Part shown: positions 1 through 10,739 of the stretch, in pieces
How positions within the stretch are numbered: position 1 is the stretch's first letter
Layout of the letters: every line of letters begins with the position of its first letter
Assembly: GCA_963708295.1 (NCBI GenBank)
Contig: CAVPSJ010000011.1
Location: forward strand, 160,001-224,000
Length of the DNA: 64,000 nucleotides
Direction: 5' to 3'
From: an uncultured delta proteobacterium
GTDB taxonomy: Bacteria > Desulfobacterota > BSN033 > UBA1163
Made by a program: the position numbers and the translations under genes
The notes under the pieces: model-generated
Database searches by the model: none
The model's input: only the letters and a program-made list of their open reading frames with translations
What the model was told of the DNA's origin: nothing

Positions 1-22
1 CCTCAAGAAAGGTAGGGGACCG

Positions 23-565
23 ATGATCAAAATTAATTTGCTTCTAGCGAGAAAAGAAAAGAAAAGAGCCGGGATGAAGAAGGAATTCATTGTTCTCATA
101 CTTTCCGTCGTCCTTTTATTGGCGGCCTTCATCTTTATCCAGTGGGGATTAAGCAAAAAGATAGAGGATACCCTGGCTCAGAATGCCCAGAAAAAGCAGG
201 AGATCGCGAAGTACAGGTCTCTCACCACAGAAGTCGAAAAAAAGAAACAAGAGCAGAAGATGTTGCAGAACCGATTGGATGTCATCAATTCGTTGAAAAA
301 AGACAAGGCAAGGGCTGCAATGGTTTTGGACCAATTGAGTATTGATAAACCGGAAAAACTTCAACTTGAATCTCTGAAAAAAGATGGGGCAAAGTTAGCA
401 ATTGAAGGGGTTGCTTTAGATGACGAGACGATTGCCAATTTCATGACCAATCTTAGAAAGTCGAAGCTTTTTAAGAATGTCGACCTTGTTGTGAGTGAGC
501 AGATTGAGCAGAACAAAATGAAAGTGAAGAAATTCGTCCTTTCGTGCGAGATCATTCAAACATAA
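23..565 (+). CDS. pilN: Type IV pilus assembly protein PilN
   Basis: MIKINLL N-terminus, one TM helix and a coiled coil; first gene of the pilN-O-P-Q order. Confidence 0.9.
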   Translation: MIKINLLLARKEKKRAGMKKEFIVLILSVVLLLAAFIFIQWGLSKKIEDTLAQNAQKKQEIAKYRSLTTEVEKKKQEQKMLQNRLDVINSLKKDKARAAMVLDQLSIDKPEKLQLESLKKDGAKLAIEGVALDDETIANFMTNLRKSKLFKNVDLVVSEQIEQNKMKVKKFVLSCEIIQT

Positions 566-578
566 GGAGAGGGATCAA

Positions 579-1208
579 ATGGCACTGAAAATAGATTCAA
601 TCTTAAAACTCCCGACGCCAAAAAAGGTTCTTATACTGGTCGTTATTTTATGTGCCATGGCTGGGCTGTATCTTTGGCGTTTTTTCCTTCCCAGTCAGGA
701 GGATCTCAGGGCGGCGCAGGGCGAGGGAATCAAATTGGAGAACGAATTGAACAACAGTAGAGCCATCGCAAGAGATCTCCAGAAATATAACGAGCAGGTG
801 GCCAAGTTAAATGAAGAGCTGAGAGATGCCCTGACGCAACTTCCCAACGAAAAGGAGATCCCAGAGATACTAAAAACCATATCCAGCCTCGGGAAGGAAT
901 CGAACCTTGAATTTACGCTTTTTAAGCCTAGACCCGAACAGCCTCAACAATTTTTTGCCAACGTTCCAATCGACCTGGTTGCATTGGGAAGCTATCATAA
1001 TGTAGGAATTTTCTTTGACAAGGTGAGCAGGCTTCCAAGAATCATTAACGTCGTTGATTTCAATCTGACAAAGGCAAAAGATGCCAAGGATATTAAGGGA
1101 CAGGGTGAAAACGAAATCCTATTAAAGACATCCTGTATGATCAGTACTTACCGATTTCTAGAACAGAAAAGCGAGGAAAAGAAAAGTGAAACGAAATCCA
1201 ATCCGTAG
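579..1208 (+). CDS. pilO: Type IV pilus assembly protein PilO
   Basis: TM plus coiled coil, QLPNEKEIP and GSYHNVGIFF motifs; synteny. Confidence 0.9.
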   Translation: MALKIDSILKLPTPKKVLILVVILCAMAGLYLWRFFLPSQEDLRAAQGEGIKLENELNNSRAIARDLQKYNEQVAKLNEELRDALTQLPNEKEIPEILKTISSLGKESNLEFTLFKPRPEQPQQFFANVPIDLVALGSYHNVGIFFDKVSRLPRIINVVDFNLTKAKDAKDIKGQGENEILLKTSCMISTYRFLEQKSEEKKSETKSNP

Positions 1209-1218
1209 GAAACAGAGG

Positions 1219-1791
1219 ATGAAGGGATCTCTAAAACCAGAACGAAATAAGAAGGGATTCTGGTGGGTAATCCTATCGATGTTCTGCTTCTTTTTGATAG
1301 GAGGATGTGGAGAAGGAACACCTCCGCCCTCTACTCCTTCAAAAGTGAAGTCTCCCACCGTGGTAAAAAAGAAGGAAGAGCCGCCCAAGTTGGCCGAAAA
1401 AAAGGAGCCGGAGAAGAAGGAGGGAGCTGAATATTCATACAATCCTGTCGGAAAACCGGATCCCTTCCGGCCCTTCATCCAGTTGACTTCCGCCAAAGGA
1501 GGGTCTAAGACCGCTCCCCTCACTCCTTTGCAGAAATACGATATTAGCCAGTTAAAACTTGTAGCTATTATTTCCAACCCCAGCGGGAATATTGCTCTCG
1601 TCGAAGACGTTGCTGGAAAGGGATATTTTTTGAAAAAAGGAACATGGATTGGGAAAAATGACGGGAAGGTCACCAAGATCCTGAAGGATAAAGTGATCAT
1701 AGAAGAGGTTTATCAGGATATTTTTGGCCAAACCAAAACGAATGAGGTTTCAATATCTCTTCATAAAGCTGAAGAAGGAGGAGAATCATGA
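1219..1791 (+). CDS. pilP: Type IV pilus lipoprotein PilP
   Basis: Lipobox-like IGGC, YNPVGKPDPF and PLQKYDISQL motifs; ATG at 1219 preferred over 1186. Confidence 0.88.
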   Translation: MKGSLKPERNKKGFWWVILSMFCFFLIGGCGEGTPPPSTPSKVKSPTVVKKKEEPPKLAEKKEPEKKEGAEYSYNPVGKPDPFRPFIQLTSAKGGSKTAPLTPLQKYDISQLKLVAIISNPSGNIALVEDVAGKGYFLKKGTWIGKNDGKVTKILKDKVIIEEVYQDIFGQTKTNEVSISLHKAEEGGES

Positions 1792-4568
1792 GACGTTTTC
1801 AAATCCTTAAAGTGACCTTGGGAGTTGTTCTATTGCTCTTTATAGCAGGGTGTGCGACTAAGACCGCTACGACGCAAACGGCCAAACCGGATATGTCCAC
1901 GCCGCCGGTAGCAAAGGTATCGATGATCAAAAAGATATCCTTTACTGAGGAACAAAATTATACGAGAATTCAAATTGAAGGGTCTGAGCCCATTGCCCCC
2001 CCGTTCTATAAATTATTGTCCGATCCTCTCAGGATTACCATCGATGTTCCGAACATTGATCTAAAACAGATTAAAAGCCCCCTTAGAATTGAAAACGGAA
2101 CGATCGGGGACGTTCTGACAACACAGTATGATGACAAAGGAAGAATTGAAATCAGTCTCCTTCAGATGACCAACTATAATATCTCAAACGAAGAGAAGGA
2201 TCTCATCATTGATGTTGAAAAAGTGAAAAAAGCCGAAGAAACGAAGGAAATCAGAAAAGAGGAAGAGACCTTAAAGGAAACAAAAGTCGAAGCTCCCGTT
2301 CCGGAGCCCAAGAAAGAAGAAATCCCTCCCGCACCGCCACCTCTGAACAAGGCCACGAAAGTGGTCAATGTTTCCTTTGAGGAGAGAAAAGATTTTGTTG
2401 TTTTCAACATCCTGGCCGACGGGAAAATCGAGAACTTCAACGCCTTCAAGTTGGATTCCCCCCCAAGATTGGTTCTGGACATTTGGGGAGTGGATACCCG
2501 AAAGAGTTCTTTTAAGGTCAAAAACCCCTTAATCAAAGGGGTTCGCGTTGGGCATTACCAGGATAAACTGAGGTTGGTTTTTGATTCCTCCAAACCGCAA
2601 CTCCCGCCCTATCAAGTCAACCGGATTGATGATAAGCTGATGGTTTCCCTTGGAAATATTCCACAACTCTCTGAACCCCAGATCTATGTCCCGGAAAAAT
2701 CGGCGAGGGAATCCTCTGTGGTTCCACAAGGTCAAGCAGGAAGTCGACCGAACATGGGTAAGCCGGGCACTCTGACAAGTGTCGATTTTAAACGAATGGA
2801 TGATAAATCGAGAGTCATCCTCTCCCTTTCCTCAGAGGATCTTCAGGTTGAATCATCCAGCCCTTCCAAAAATATGATCGCTATTGATGTCAGGAATACA
2901 TCGGCCCCAAAACGTCTTCTGAAGGGGATTGATGCGAGTGGTTTCGAGAGCGTCGTGAACTATATCGATCTCAAAAACGTTAAGATTGGAAAAGGCCAGG
3001 ATGTCCGGGTATCCGTTAGATTGCGAGAAGAGGCCTCCTATGAAACAATCAAGGAAGGCAAAGAAATCTTTATCGATATCAAAGAAAGAAACAAGAAGAT
3101 CGAGGCAAAGACAGCGGTCCCGCCAGAAATAAAGCAAGAGGAGGGGGCTGAGGGAAAAAAAGAAGAAGGAGTGAAGAAACAGAACGAGGTCAAGAATGAA
3201 GAGAAACCCGCACCGGAAATGAAGAATCAGGAAATGAAGGCTGCAGAAAAACCCATCCCTCCAACCCCGATAGCGAAGAGAGTAAAGGTAGAAGAGGAGA
3301 GTAAGGTTTTTGGGGGCGACCCCCAAAAAGTCTATTCAGGAAGAAAATTATCTCTCGATTTCAAAGACGCGGATATAAAGAACATCCTCCGGTTGATTGC
3401 CGAGGTAAGCAACTTGAATATCATCGTAGCGGATGAGGTGACCGGAAAGATTACCATGAGGTTGGTAGACGTGCCCTGGGATCAAGCGCTTGATATTATT
3501 CTGCAATCCAAGCGTCTCGATAAGAGACAGACCGGGAATGTGGTACGAATTGCCCCCGTAGATGCGCTGAGAAAGGAAGACCAGGCCAGTCTAGAAGAGC
3601 TGAAATCGAAGGAGAGACTCGAACCGATGGTGAACGAGCTGATCCAGGTCAACTATGCTACGGCCAAAGAGATCATGCCCCAGTTGAAGAGCATTCTGAG
3701 CGAACGGGGGGATGTCAAAGTAGATGACCGGACAAATACGTTAATCATAAAAGACGTCTCCAAAAACATTCCAGCCGCTAAAAAACTGGTAAAGTTCTTG
3801 GATACAAAAACGCCCTTGGTCTTAATTGAGGCAAGAATTATCGAGGCCAACCTCTCTTTCCAAAGAGAATTGGGTGTGCAATGGGGGATGCTGATGGGAG
3901 GGGGAAAGGCGACGGTAGGAGGAGGTACTACGGGCACGGCTTTGGGAAGCGCTGTCAATAGGGTTGTTGATCTCGCGGCAACTCCACGATCAGGCCTAGG
4001 AGGCGGAGGTCTCGGGGCGGCGGGGATCCTTTCTGCTATTTTCAGCAGAGGAACGATACAAGAGATCGACATCACCCTTTCCGCCCATGAAAACCAAGGC
4101 AATGCTAAAATCATCTCAAGCCCCAAGATCGCAACTCTTGATAACAAAGAAGCGTCGATTGAGCAGGGGCTTAGGATTCCCTACCTGAAGCTGACCACTG
4201 AAGGAACCGTTACAACCGACTTTATTGACGCCAATATCAAGTTGACCGTGACCCCTCACGTGACAAACGATGGGACCATCAAATTGATTCTTAAGGTGAA
4301 GAAGGATGCCCCGGATCAATCTATCACGGTCCAAGGGGTCCCCAGCATTGATAAGAAAGAGGCGATCTCAGAGGTCCTGATCAAAGATGGCGGAGTCGTT
4401 GCGATTGCAGGGATTTACTCGATCCAAAAGAATGATGGAATGGAAGGCGTCCCTCTCTTTAGTAAGATCCCTCTATTGGGCTGGCTGTTTAAGAGAGAGA
4501 ACAAGGAGGACACCCGAAAGGATTTGTTAATCTTCATCTCGCCAAGAATCATGAAGGATGAAGTTTGA
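1788..4568 (+). CDS. pilQ: Type IV pilus secretin PilQ with N-terminal AMIN domains
   Basis: AMIN-like repeats (PPRLVLDI), SLDFKDADI, VPWDQALD and a C-terminal secretin domain (VPLFSKIPLLGWLF). Confidence 0.95.
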   Translation: MRRFQILKVTLGVVLLLFIAGCATKTATTQTAKPDMSTPPVAKVSMIKKISFTEEQNYTRIQIEGSEPIAPPFYKLLSDPLRITIDVPNIDLKQIKSPLRIENGTIGDVLTTQYDDKGRIEISLLQMTNYNISNEEKDLIIDVEKVKKAEETKEIRKEEETLKETKVEAPVPEPKKEEIPPAPPPLNKATKVVNVSFEERKDFVVFNILADGKIENFNAFKLDSPPRLVLDIWGVDTRKSSFKVKNPLIKGVRVGHYQDKLRLVFDSSKPQLPPYQVNRIDDKLMVSLGNIPQLSEPQIYVPEKSARESSVVPQGQAGSRPNMGKPGTLTSVDFKRMDDKSRVILSLSSEDLQVESSSPSKNMIAIDVRNTSAPKRLLKGIDASGFESVVNYIDLKNVKIGKGQDVRVSVRLREEASYETIKEGKEIFIDIKERNKKIEAKTAVPPEIKQEEGAEGKKEEGVKKQNEVKNEEKPAPEMKNQEMKAAEKPIPPTPIAKRVKVEEESKVFGGDPQKVYSGRKLSLDFKDADIKNILRLIAEVSNLNIIVADEVTGKITMRLVDVPWDQALDIILQSKRLDKRQTGNVVRIAPVDALRKEDQASLEELKSKERLEPMVNELIQVNYATAKEIMPQLKSILSERGDVKVDDRTNTLIIKDVSKNIPAAKKLVKFLDTKTPLVLIEARIIEANLSFQRELGVQWGMLMGGGKATVGGGTTGTALGSAVNRVVDLAATPRSGLGGGGLGAAGILSAIFSRGTIQEIDITLSAHENQGNAKIISSPKIATLDNKEASIEQGLRIPYLKLTTEGTVTTDFIDANIKLTVTPHVTNDGTIKLILKVKKDAPDQSITVQGVPSIDKKEAISEVLIKDGGVVAIAGIYSIQKNDGMEGVPLFSKIPLLGWLFKRENKEDTRKDLLIFISPRIMKDEV

Positions 4569-4642
4569 CCGGCAAGTGCCCCGTCCCGCCAAAGCGGGGT
4601 AGGCGCGGGGTCAAGGGACAAAATTAGAAAGATATTTGTTTG

Positions 4643-4682
4643 CTGGGCCTCCCGTTCACCACTGCGTGCCCGGGAGGCCCAG
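4643..4682. terminator. GC-rich hairpin between convergent pilQ and pyrD (possible bidirectional terminator)
   Basis: Perfect 12-bp inverted repeat CTGGGCCTCCCG/CGGGAGGCCCAG with a 16-nt loop. Confidence 0.45.
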
Positions 4683-4752
4683 GCCTTTGGTCAGAGAGCT
4701 TCAAAAGAAGCCCCTTGGCGCTTTTCCTCAGGATCCATCAGGGGGTATTTAT

Positions 4753-5667
4753 TTATCCAAACGTGCCAGTTAATTTCTGAATACTGTCTATTTTATTCCG
4801 GGTGAGGTATTCTCTTATCCCGCGAACCACCTCTAGCCCTGTTCTTGGATTAATTAGATTGGCCGTTCCAATTTGAACCGCTGAAGCCCCCACCAGAATG
4901 AATTCAATCGCATCCTCGGCATTCATGATGCCTCCCATCCCAATGACAGGAATGCTCACGGCTTGACCGACTTCCCAGACCATCCTCAACGCAATCGGTT
5001 TGATCGCTGGACCTGAGAGGCCTCCAATGATATTACCCAATTCTGGTTTTTGGGTATGGATATTCACGGCCAGAGCCCGGAAAGTGTTCACAAGCGAGAC
5101 AGCATCTGCTCCTCCCTCCTCAACACTCTTAGCCATCAAAGCAATATCTGTAACGTTCGGTGACAACTTTACAATCAAAGTCAACGCTGTCGATTTTCTT
5201 ACTGCCCTCACAAGGTGATAGGCCATTTGGGGATCGGTACCGAAAACAATTCCGCCTTTCTTAACATTGGGGCAGGAAATATTCATCTCAAGGCCTGAAA
5301 TGCCTGTGACGTCATCAAAACGCCTTGCGAGTTCAACATACTCTTTTTGGGTATTCCCAAAAAAGTTGATGATCAGATGGGTTTCTAAGTTCTTATAATA
5401 GGGTAATTTATTCTTGATGAACTGTCGAAATCCGGGATTTTGAAGCCCGATGGAATTGATAATCCCCCCTTCTGTCTCAAAGATTCGAGGCGGAGGATTT
5501 CCCGCCATGGGTTTCAATGAAATCCCTTTCGGGATGATAGCCCCCAGACGACTCAGGTCGAAAAAATCCTCAAATTCCTCGCCAAACCCAAAGGTCCCCG
5601 AAGAAGCGACCACGGGGTTCCTCAGCATCATTTTCCCGATTCTTACTGTGAGATCAAGCTCTTCCAT
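4753..5667 (-). CDS. pyrD: Dihydroorotate dehydrogenase B, catalytic subunit
   Basis: NISCPN, KLSPN and GGLSGPAIKP motifs; adjacent to pyrK. Confidence 0.95.
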   Translation of the reverse strand: MEELDLTVRIGKMMLRNPVVASSGTFGFGEEFEDFFDLSRLGAIIPKGISLKPMAGNPPPRIFETEGGIINSIGLQNPGFRQFIKNKLPYYKNLETHLIINFFGNTQKEYVELARRFDDVTGISGLEMNISCPNVKKGGIVFGTDPQMAYHLVRAVRKSTALTLIVKLSPNVTDIALMAKSVEEGGADAVSLVNTFRALAVNIHTQKPELGNIIGGLSGPAIKPIALRMVWEVGQAVSIPVIGMGGIMNAEDAIEFILVGASAVQIGTANLINPRTGLEVVRGIREYLTRNKIDSIQKLTGTFG

Positions 5668-5677
5668 AAAACCGTGC

Positions 5678-6502
5678 TTATTCCCAGGCGACGTCTTCTA
5701 TGCGAAAAACGGGACCTTCTTGGCAGACCCGTTGGTAGAGTTTCTTTGGATTTTTCATCCTGACCACACATCCCCAACATGCCCCAAAACCACATCCCAT
5801 TCTTGCCTCCAAGGAAACCTGACAGATAAATTTCTTGGATTTGATAGTTCCTGCCAGCGCCTTTAACATCGGGACCGGCCCGCAGGCATAGACATAGCAT
5901 CCTTCATTTTTCCTGAATTTTCTTGTCTCAGAGATGAATAGATCAACGACCGTTCCTTGAACACCCAGACTTCCGTCTTCTGTGGCTGTCAAGATAGTTG
6001 AATTGAGTTTTCCAAAATCCTCCACACCCAAAATATCATTCCGTGTCTTTCCCCCGATCAAGACCGATAGTTTTCCGTCCTTCAGTGCCTCGGCCAGGGG
6101 ATACAGCGAGACGATCCCTACTCCTCCTCCAATAAGAATACAATTGGCAGAAGAGGGGAGGGGAGGGAGGGTAAAACCGTTTCCCAAAGGGCCGATGAGA
6201 TTCACCCTTTGTCCGTTGCTCAAGGTGGTCATTTTTTGAGTTCCTCTTCCCATCTTTTTGTAAAAGATGAACAGATAACCTCTTTTTCTCCTTTCCGGAT
6301 GGCTGAGGGGGTAGCTTTTGTAAACGCTAAACGGACGTCTCAAAAGGGGGGAGGCATTGTCAGAAACCCTGAGCATCACAAATTGGCCGGGCTTGATTTG
6401 ATTGGCAATCGGAGGGCAATAAATCTCAAGTATAAAGTAGTGAGATCTTATCTTCTTGTTCCTTACAACCATTCCATCTGTCTGTAGGGGCATCATCTTC
6501 AA
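5678..6502 (-). CDS. pyrK: Dihydroorotate dehydrogenase electron-transfer subunit
   Basis: RRPFS, GPLGNGF, GGGVG and MGCGFGACWGC [2Fe-2S] motifs. Confidence 0.93.
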   Translation of the reverse strand: MKMMPLQTDGMVVRNKKIRSHYFILEIYCPPIANQIKPGQFVMLRVSDNASPLLRRPFSVYKSYPLSHPERRKRGYLFIFYKKMGRGTQKMTTLSNGQRVNLIGPLGNGFTLPPLPSSANCILIGGGVGIVSLYPLAEALKDGKLSVLIGGKTRNDILGVEDFGKLNSTILTATEDGSLGVQGTVVDLFISETRKFRKNEGCYVYACGPVPMLKALAGTIKSKKFICQVSLEARMGCGFGACWGCVVRMKNPKKLYQRVCQEGPVFRIEDVAWE

Positions 6503-6972
6503 ATTGTCTTCGTCATCAGGAGAGCATCGAATTTTCCCTGGTAAAAGTTTTTTCTCACCCCCGTGGACTCATAGGAAAACAACCGATAGAGGCGGATCGC
6601 CGGTTGGTTCGAAATATGGACTTCGAGATGCAACGTTTTAATTCTCCTTCGACGGCTAAACTCGACATAAAATCCCATCAGCCTCTTGCCGACACCCAAT
6701 CGTCTGTAATCGGAATGTACGCAAATTTTAAAAAGCTCGGATTCTTCCGCCACATTGCGAAAACATATAAAACCCATTAGCCGCTGTTTACCGCGGTCTT
6801 CAATCTTCATTACAAAACAATATCCAAAAGGGTTCCTCATCTCTCCAACGAACATGTTCTTGGACCAACGGGTGTCGGGGTTGGGACTTTCTAACGCAAT
6901 GACCTCATCCAGGTCCTGGATACCCATTTCTTGAATCGTGACTTTTTCCCATTCCACTTTTTCAAAACCCAC
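6499..6972 (-). CDS. rimI: RimI-like GNAT acetyltransferase
   Basis: RRLGVG, LEVHISNQPAIRLY and RKNFY motifs. Confidence 0.8.
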   Translation of the reverse strand: MGFEKVEWEKVTIQEMGIQDLDEVIALESPNPDTRWSKNMFVGEMRNPFGYCFVMKIEDRGKQRLMGFICFRNVAEESELFKICVHSDYRRLGVGKRLMGFYVEFSRRRRIKTLHLEVHISNQPAIRLYRLFSYESTGVRKNFYQGKFDALLMTKTI

Positions 6973-6997
6973 GGAAAATCAAGGAAAGCGAGCCGGA

Positions 6998-8902
6998 TCA
7001 ATGGGATTCCATCCGATTCAATAATTCCTTCGCTGCTTTCCTCATATCCTCATCTTTGGATTGGTCGAGGATGATCAGGTAGGATTTTTTGGCCTCTTCA
7101 TATTTTCCCCCTCGCCTTTTCAGATTCCCGATTTCCAAATGGGTCAGAAAGAACCAGGAGGAGGTCCCTTCTAAATATCGCATCGCAGTTTCGAAATTTT
7201 GAAGGGCTTTTTCAAATTTCCCTTCCTGATAGAATATTTCCCCCAAGCTGAAGTAGGCCTGGCCGAATAATTCTAAGATGTTCCCCTTTAGGATGATCGA
7301 GTAATACTGGACCGCTTCAACAATATTCTTTTTGCTAAAACTTATATTTCCTAATTGCAACGCGGCGTGGTAGAAAAGGGGATGATCCGGAAAATCTTCA
7401 AGGACTTTCTTAAAAGCATTTTCGGCTTTGTCCTGCTCGCCTCGAAGGGCATAGACACCCCCTATCTGAGTCAGTGCAAAAAGCTGCCAAACATTTTTCT
7501 TGCCTTGGCGGGCAGCGAGGCTGTACGTTTCTAAGGCCTGGTCCAGATTCCCCGATTTGGCAAGACATTCGCCCTTGATAAACAAGCCCTCTTCAACATA
7601 TCTGGAATTTGGGAATTCGAGAAGCAAAATATCTAAATTGGTGATGGATTCTCTAAGCTTATTTTCGAGGAAATATCCATTTCCGATCTGGAAGAGCGCT
7701 TTTTCCCTAAACCGCGTATTGAGGATGTTGAAATAATAGGGCAGGGCTTCCGATACCTCCCCTTCGGTAAAAAACATTTCAGCGTTTAACCATTGGATGA
7801 ATGCTTTCTCATCTTCGAAATGGTCCAGTTTTTGTAACCGTTGAAAAATTCGATTGGCCCCCTCTCGGTCGCTCAATTGAATGTAGTTCCAATAAAGGGT
7901 CAGGAGGGAGATTCCTCCCCAGCTATTTCCTTGTGAGGCATTTAGTATGAAATTCAATTCCTTGATGGAAGACAAGTAATCACCGCCCGCCAGGAGCATT
8001 TTCCCCAGCAGATAATGAGTCGACAAAAGAAGGGGTGAGTCCTTAAATTGATTCTTAAATAATTGGAAGGCGTCGACAGCGTTCTTGACATTTCCAAGTT
8101 GATATTCGCAAAAACCTATCCTCCACGCGACTTCAGGGGCAAGAGGATCATTCTTAAATCGACCCTGAAAGGTCTGGTAGCAACGGTTAGCTTCACTCAT
8201 CCTGCCTAATTTTAATTGCGACTCCCCCAGCCAGAACAAAGTATATTTTACGTATCCCGCGGGAAGGGATTTAGGGTTTTCCCATAAGGTCTGAAAATAC
8301 CCAGCTGCCGTTTCATATTGCTTCTGTTTGAAGGATACGAGCCCTAACCAGAACAGGGAGGACCGTATGAGCTCAACATCCTTCGAAGATTGGGAAGCTT
8401 TCTTTAGAGTTGACTCCGCCGCTGTCAATTGATTTGCTTCAAGCTCAAGCAACCCCAGGAGATAGTAGGAGCGATCGAGCTGGTCAAATTTCGTGTACCT
8501 CCTGATGATGGACTCGAGAAGTTTCGTCGCCTCCTCCCGGTTGCCTAGTCTAATCTCCAGCTCTGCCATTCCCAGAAGAGCGTCATCCATGTTTTCAAAG
8601 CTCTTCGCGTCATTGATAATCCTGAAAAAAAACGCCCTGGCTTCCCTCAATTTTCCCTTGATAACTAAAGTCCTGCCCAGAAGATAATAAATGTCAAATA
8701 CCCTGGAATGCTTGGGATAATTCGTTATGAAATTCGTGAACTGTCTCTCGGCTATGTCATAAAGGCCATCCTTAAACGCCCCAGTTCCAACCCATATTAA
8801 TTGTTCATCTTCGTTCAAGGTTTTGGAATGGCCTTCCGGAACATGAAAAACGCCATAGACGAAAACACTGAGAAGTAAGCAAAAGGTTATCTGCCTCTTC
8901 AT
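6998..8902 (-). CDS. Exported tetratricopeptide-repeat protein
   Basis: Signal peptide followed by many TPR-like helical repeats. Confidence 0.85.
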   Translation of the reverse strand: MKRQITFCLLLSVFVYGVFHVPEGHSKTLNEDEQLIWVGTGAFKDGLYDIAERQFTNFITNYPKHSRVFDIYYLLGRTLVIKGKLREARAFFFRIINDAKSFENMDDALLGMAELEIRLGNREEATKLLESIIRRYTKFDQLDRSYYLLGLLELEANQLTAAESTLKKASQSSKDVELIRSSLFWLGLVSFKQKQYETAAGYFQTLWENPKSLPAGYVKYTLFWLGESQLKLGRMSEANRCYQTFQGRFKNDPLAPEVAWRIGFCEYQLGNVKNAVDAFQLFKNQFKDSPLLLSTHYLLGKMLLAGGDYLSSIKELNFILNASQGNSWGGISLLTLYWNYIQLSDREGANRIFQRLQKLDHFEDEKAFIQWLNAEMFFTEGEVSEALPYYFNILNTRFREKALFQIGNGYFLENKLRESITNLDILLLEFPNSRYVEEGLFIKGECLAKSGNLDQALETYSLAARQGKKNVWQLFALTQIGGVYALRGEQDKAENAFKKVLEDFPDHPLFYHAALQLGNISFSKKNIVEAVQYYSIILKGNILELFGQAYFSLGEIFYQEGKFEKALQNFETAMRYLEGTSSWFFLTHLEIGNLKRRGGKYEEAKKSYLIILDQSKDEDMRKAAKELLNRMESH

Positions 8903-9507
8903 TTTAGATGGGATTCCTCATTCTTTCTGATCGACCGTAATTCTTCCGGTGTATTCACATTGATGAATGATTCTCCTCCGGGATCATAGCGAAGGAAATC
9001 TTTCTCATCGACGATCTTGACCTTAACCTGGTCGTAGATATCGACAATCTTAGATTTTCCTTCATCAATCATTCTCCTTATCGGTTTGACGCAGTTCTTA
9101 GAATAGATTGCATGTAAAGGCTCTAATCCATCTTTTGTCCGTGGGATAACGACATCTGCATCGTCTATCTTTTCAATCAAATATTGGACCAGGGATTTCT
9201 TTATAAACGGCATGTCACAGGCGACACAAAAGGAATGCTGAAAGGAAGCGAAAACAATTCCTGTGTACAAACCTCCTAAGGCGCCTTTGCCCGGAATGAG
9301 GTCTGAAAAAATCTTCGAGTCAAACCCTGAAAACAAATCTTTTTGATTGGTAACGATAATCACTTCCCGAAAGAGTCCTTTAAATAAGTCGTAAATTCTC
9401 TTGATAATAGGGACTCCTTCAATCTGGATGAAAGCTTTATTTTCTCCCATCCGGACGCTTTTGCCGCCGCAAAGAATGATGCCCGTGATTTCTCTCTTGG
9501 ATTCCAA
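8899..9507 (-). CDS. mobA: Molybdenum cofactor guanylyltransferase
   Basis: ILCGGKSVRMG, ACDMP and NVNTPEE motifs. Confidence 0.9.
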   Translation of the reverse strand: MESKREITGIILCGGKSVRMGENKAFIQIEGVPIIKRIYDLFKGLFREVIIVTNQKDLFSGFDSKIFSDLIPGKGALGGLYTGIVFASFQHSFCVACDMPFIKKSLVQYLIEKIDDADVVIPRTKDGLEPLHAIYSKNCVKPIRRMIDEGKSKIVDIYDQVKVKIVDEKDFLRYDPGGESFINVNTPEELRSIRKNEESHLK

Positions 9508-9540
9508 GATAGTGTCTGATAAGATATATTATGTTAACTT

Positions 9541-10644
9541 TTAATTCCCCGCCTTGAAAAATCCCTTCCAACCATTCTCTCCCCTATCTTTCTTTTTACT
9601 CAACCCCTCAAATTCCCTTAATATCTCTTCCTGCCTTTTCGTCAAATTATTGGGTGTCTTCACGATAATCTGTACAATTTGATCTCCTCGACCATAACCT
9701 CTTGTTCTTGGAAAACCTTCTCCTTTTATCCTTAAGATCTGCCCACTTTCAATTCCTTTCGGTATGTCAAGATTTCCCTTCCCGGTTAAGGTGGGAACTT
9801 CTATTTCGGTTCCTAGCGCAGCTTGCGGGAAGCTTATGGGTATTTGGCAAATAAGGTCATCCCCCTCCCGCGAAAAAAAATCATGCGCCTCTACAAAAAT
9901 GAAAACGAAAAGGTCTCCGGGAGGGCCTCCTTTTTCTCCTTCCTCACCTTCACCGCGAATTCTAATCTTCGATCCTGTATCAACACCCGGAGGAATTTTT
10001 ATCTGGATTTTTCTTGTTTTTCTCACTTTTCCATGTCCGCGGCATTCCTTACAGGGATGAGGGATAATATTTCCTTCTCCGCGGCACTGGCTACAAGTCG
10101 TGCTGATTGTGAAAAAACCCTGAGAGCGCGTAACCTGCCCTGTTCCTTTGCAATTCGGGCAATGGGTAGGATACGTCCCGGGTTTAGCTCCAGTTCCGGT
10201 GCAGACTTCACATGGAACATTCTTCGGTATTTCAATCTCTGCTTCCTTACCGGAGGCAGCCTCATAGAATGATATCTTTAGATCATATCTTAAGTCCGCT
10301 CCAGGACGAGCCCTCGTTCTGCGTCTCCCGGTGGTTCCAAAACCAAAAAAATCTTCAAATATGTCCCCGAAGGTAGAGAAAATATCTTCGAATCCCCTAA
10401 ACCCCGTAAACCCGGTGCCTTTCAAACCTTCTATCCCATAGCGATCATAAATGTCCCTTTTTTCCGGGTCTCTGAGAACTTCGTAAGCCTCTGAGGCTAT
10501 TTTAAACTTTTCCTCTGCCTCTTTGTCACCGGGATTTCTGTCCGGATGGTACTGCATCGCAATCTTGCGGTAACTCTTCTTTACCTGGTCCTCAGTAGCA
10601 TCCTTTGAGACGCCAAGAATATTATAATAGTTTTTCTCTTCCAT
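9541..10644 (-). CDS. dnaJ: Chaperone DnaJ
   Basis: J domain with HPD, G/F-rich region and four CxxCxGxG repeats. Confidence 0.96.
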   Translation of the reverse strand: MEEKNYYNILGVSKDATEDQVKKSYRKIAMQYHPDRNPGDKEAEEKFKIASEAYEVLRDPEKRDIYDRYGIEGLKGTGFTGFRGFEDIFSTFGDIFEDFFGFGTTGRRRTRARPGADLRYDLKISFYEAASGKEAEIEIPKNVPCEVCTGTGAKPGTYPTHCPNCKGTGQVTRSQGFFTISTTCSQCRGEGNIIPHPCKECRGHGKVRKTRKIQIKIPPGVDTGSKIRIRGEGEEGEKGGPPGDLFVFIFVEAHDFFSREGDDLICQIPISFPQAALGTEIEVPTLTGKGNLDIPKGIESGQILRIKGEGFPRTRGYGRGDQIVQIIVKTPNNLTKRQEEILREFEGLSKKKDRGENGWKGFFKAGN

Positions 10645-10739
10645 AAATCCGTATGCTCATTCCCGTCTGAAAGAAACTCAGATCTTACACCCCGGAATTC
10701 ATCCGGAGTGTCGCACAAAGTCACCCGGTGGTGCATGAC

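Noticed and set aside
4640-4750. Glycine or ykkC riboswitch, or 6S RNA
   Set aside because: Only fragmentary resemblance; the region lies 3' of two convergent genes and the core consensus motifs are missing
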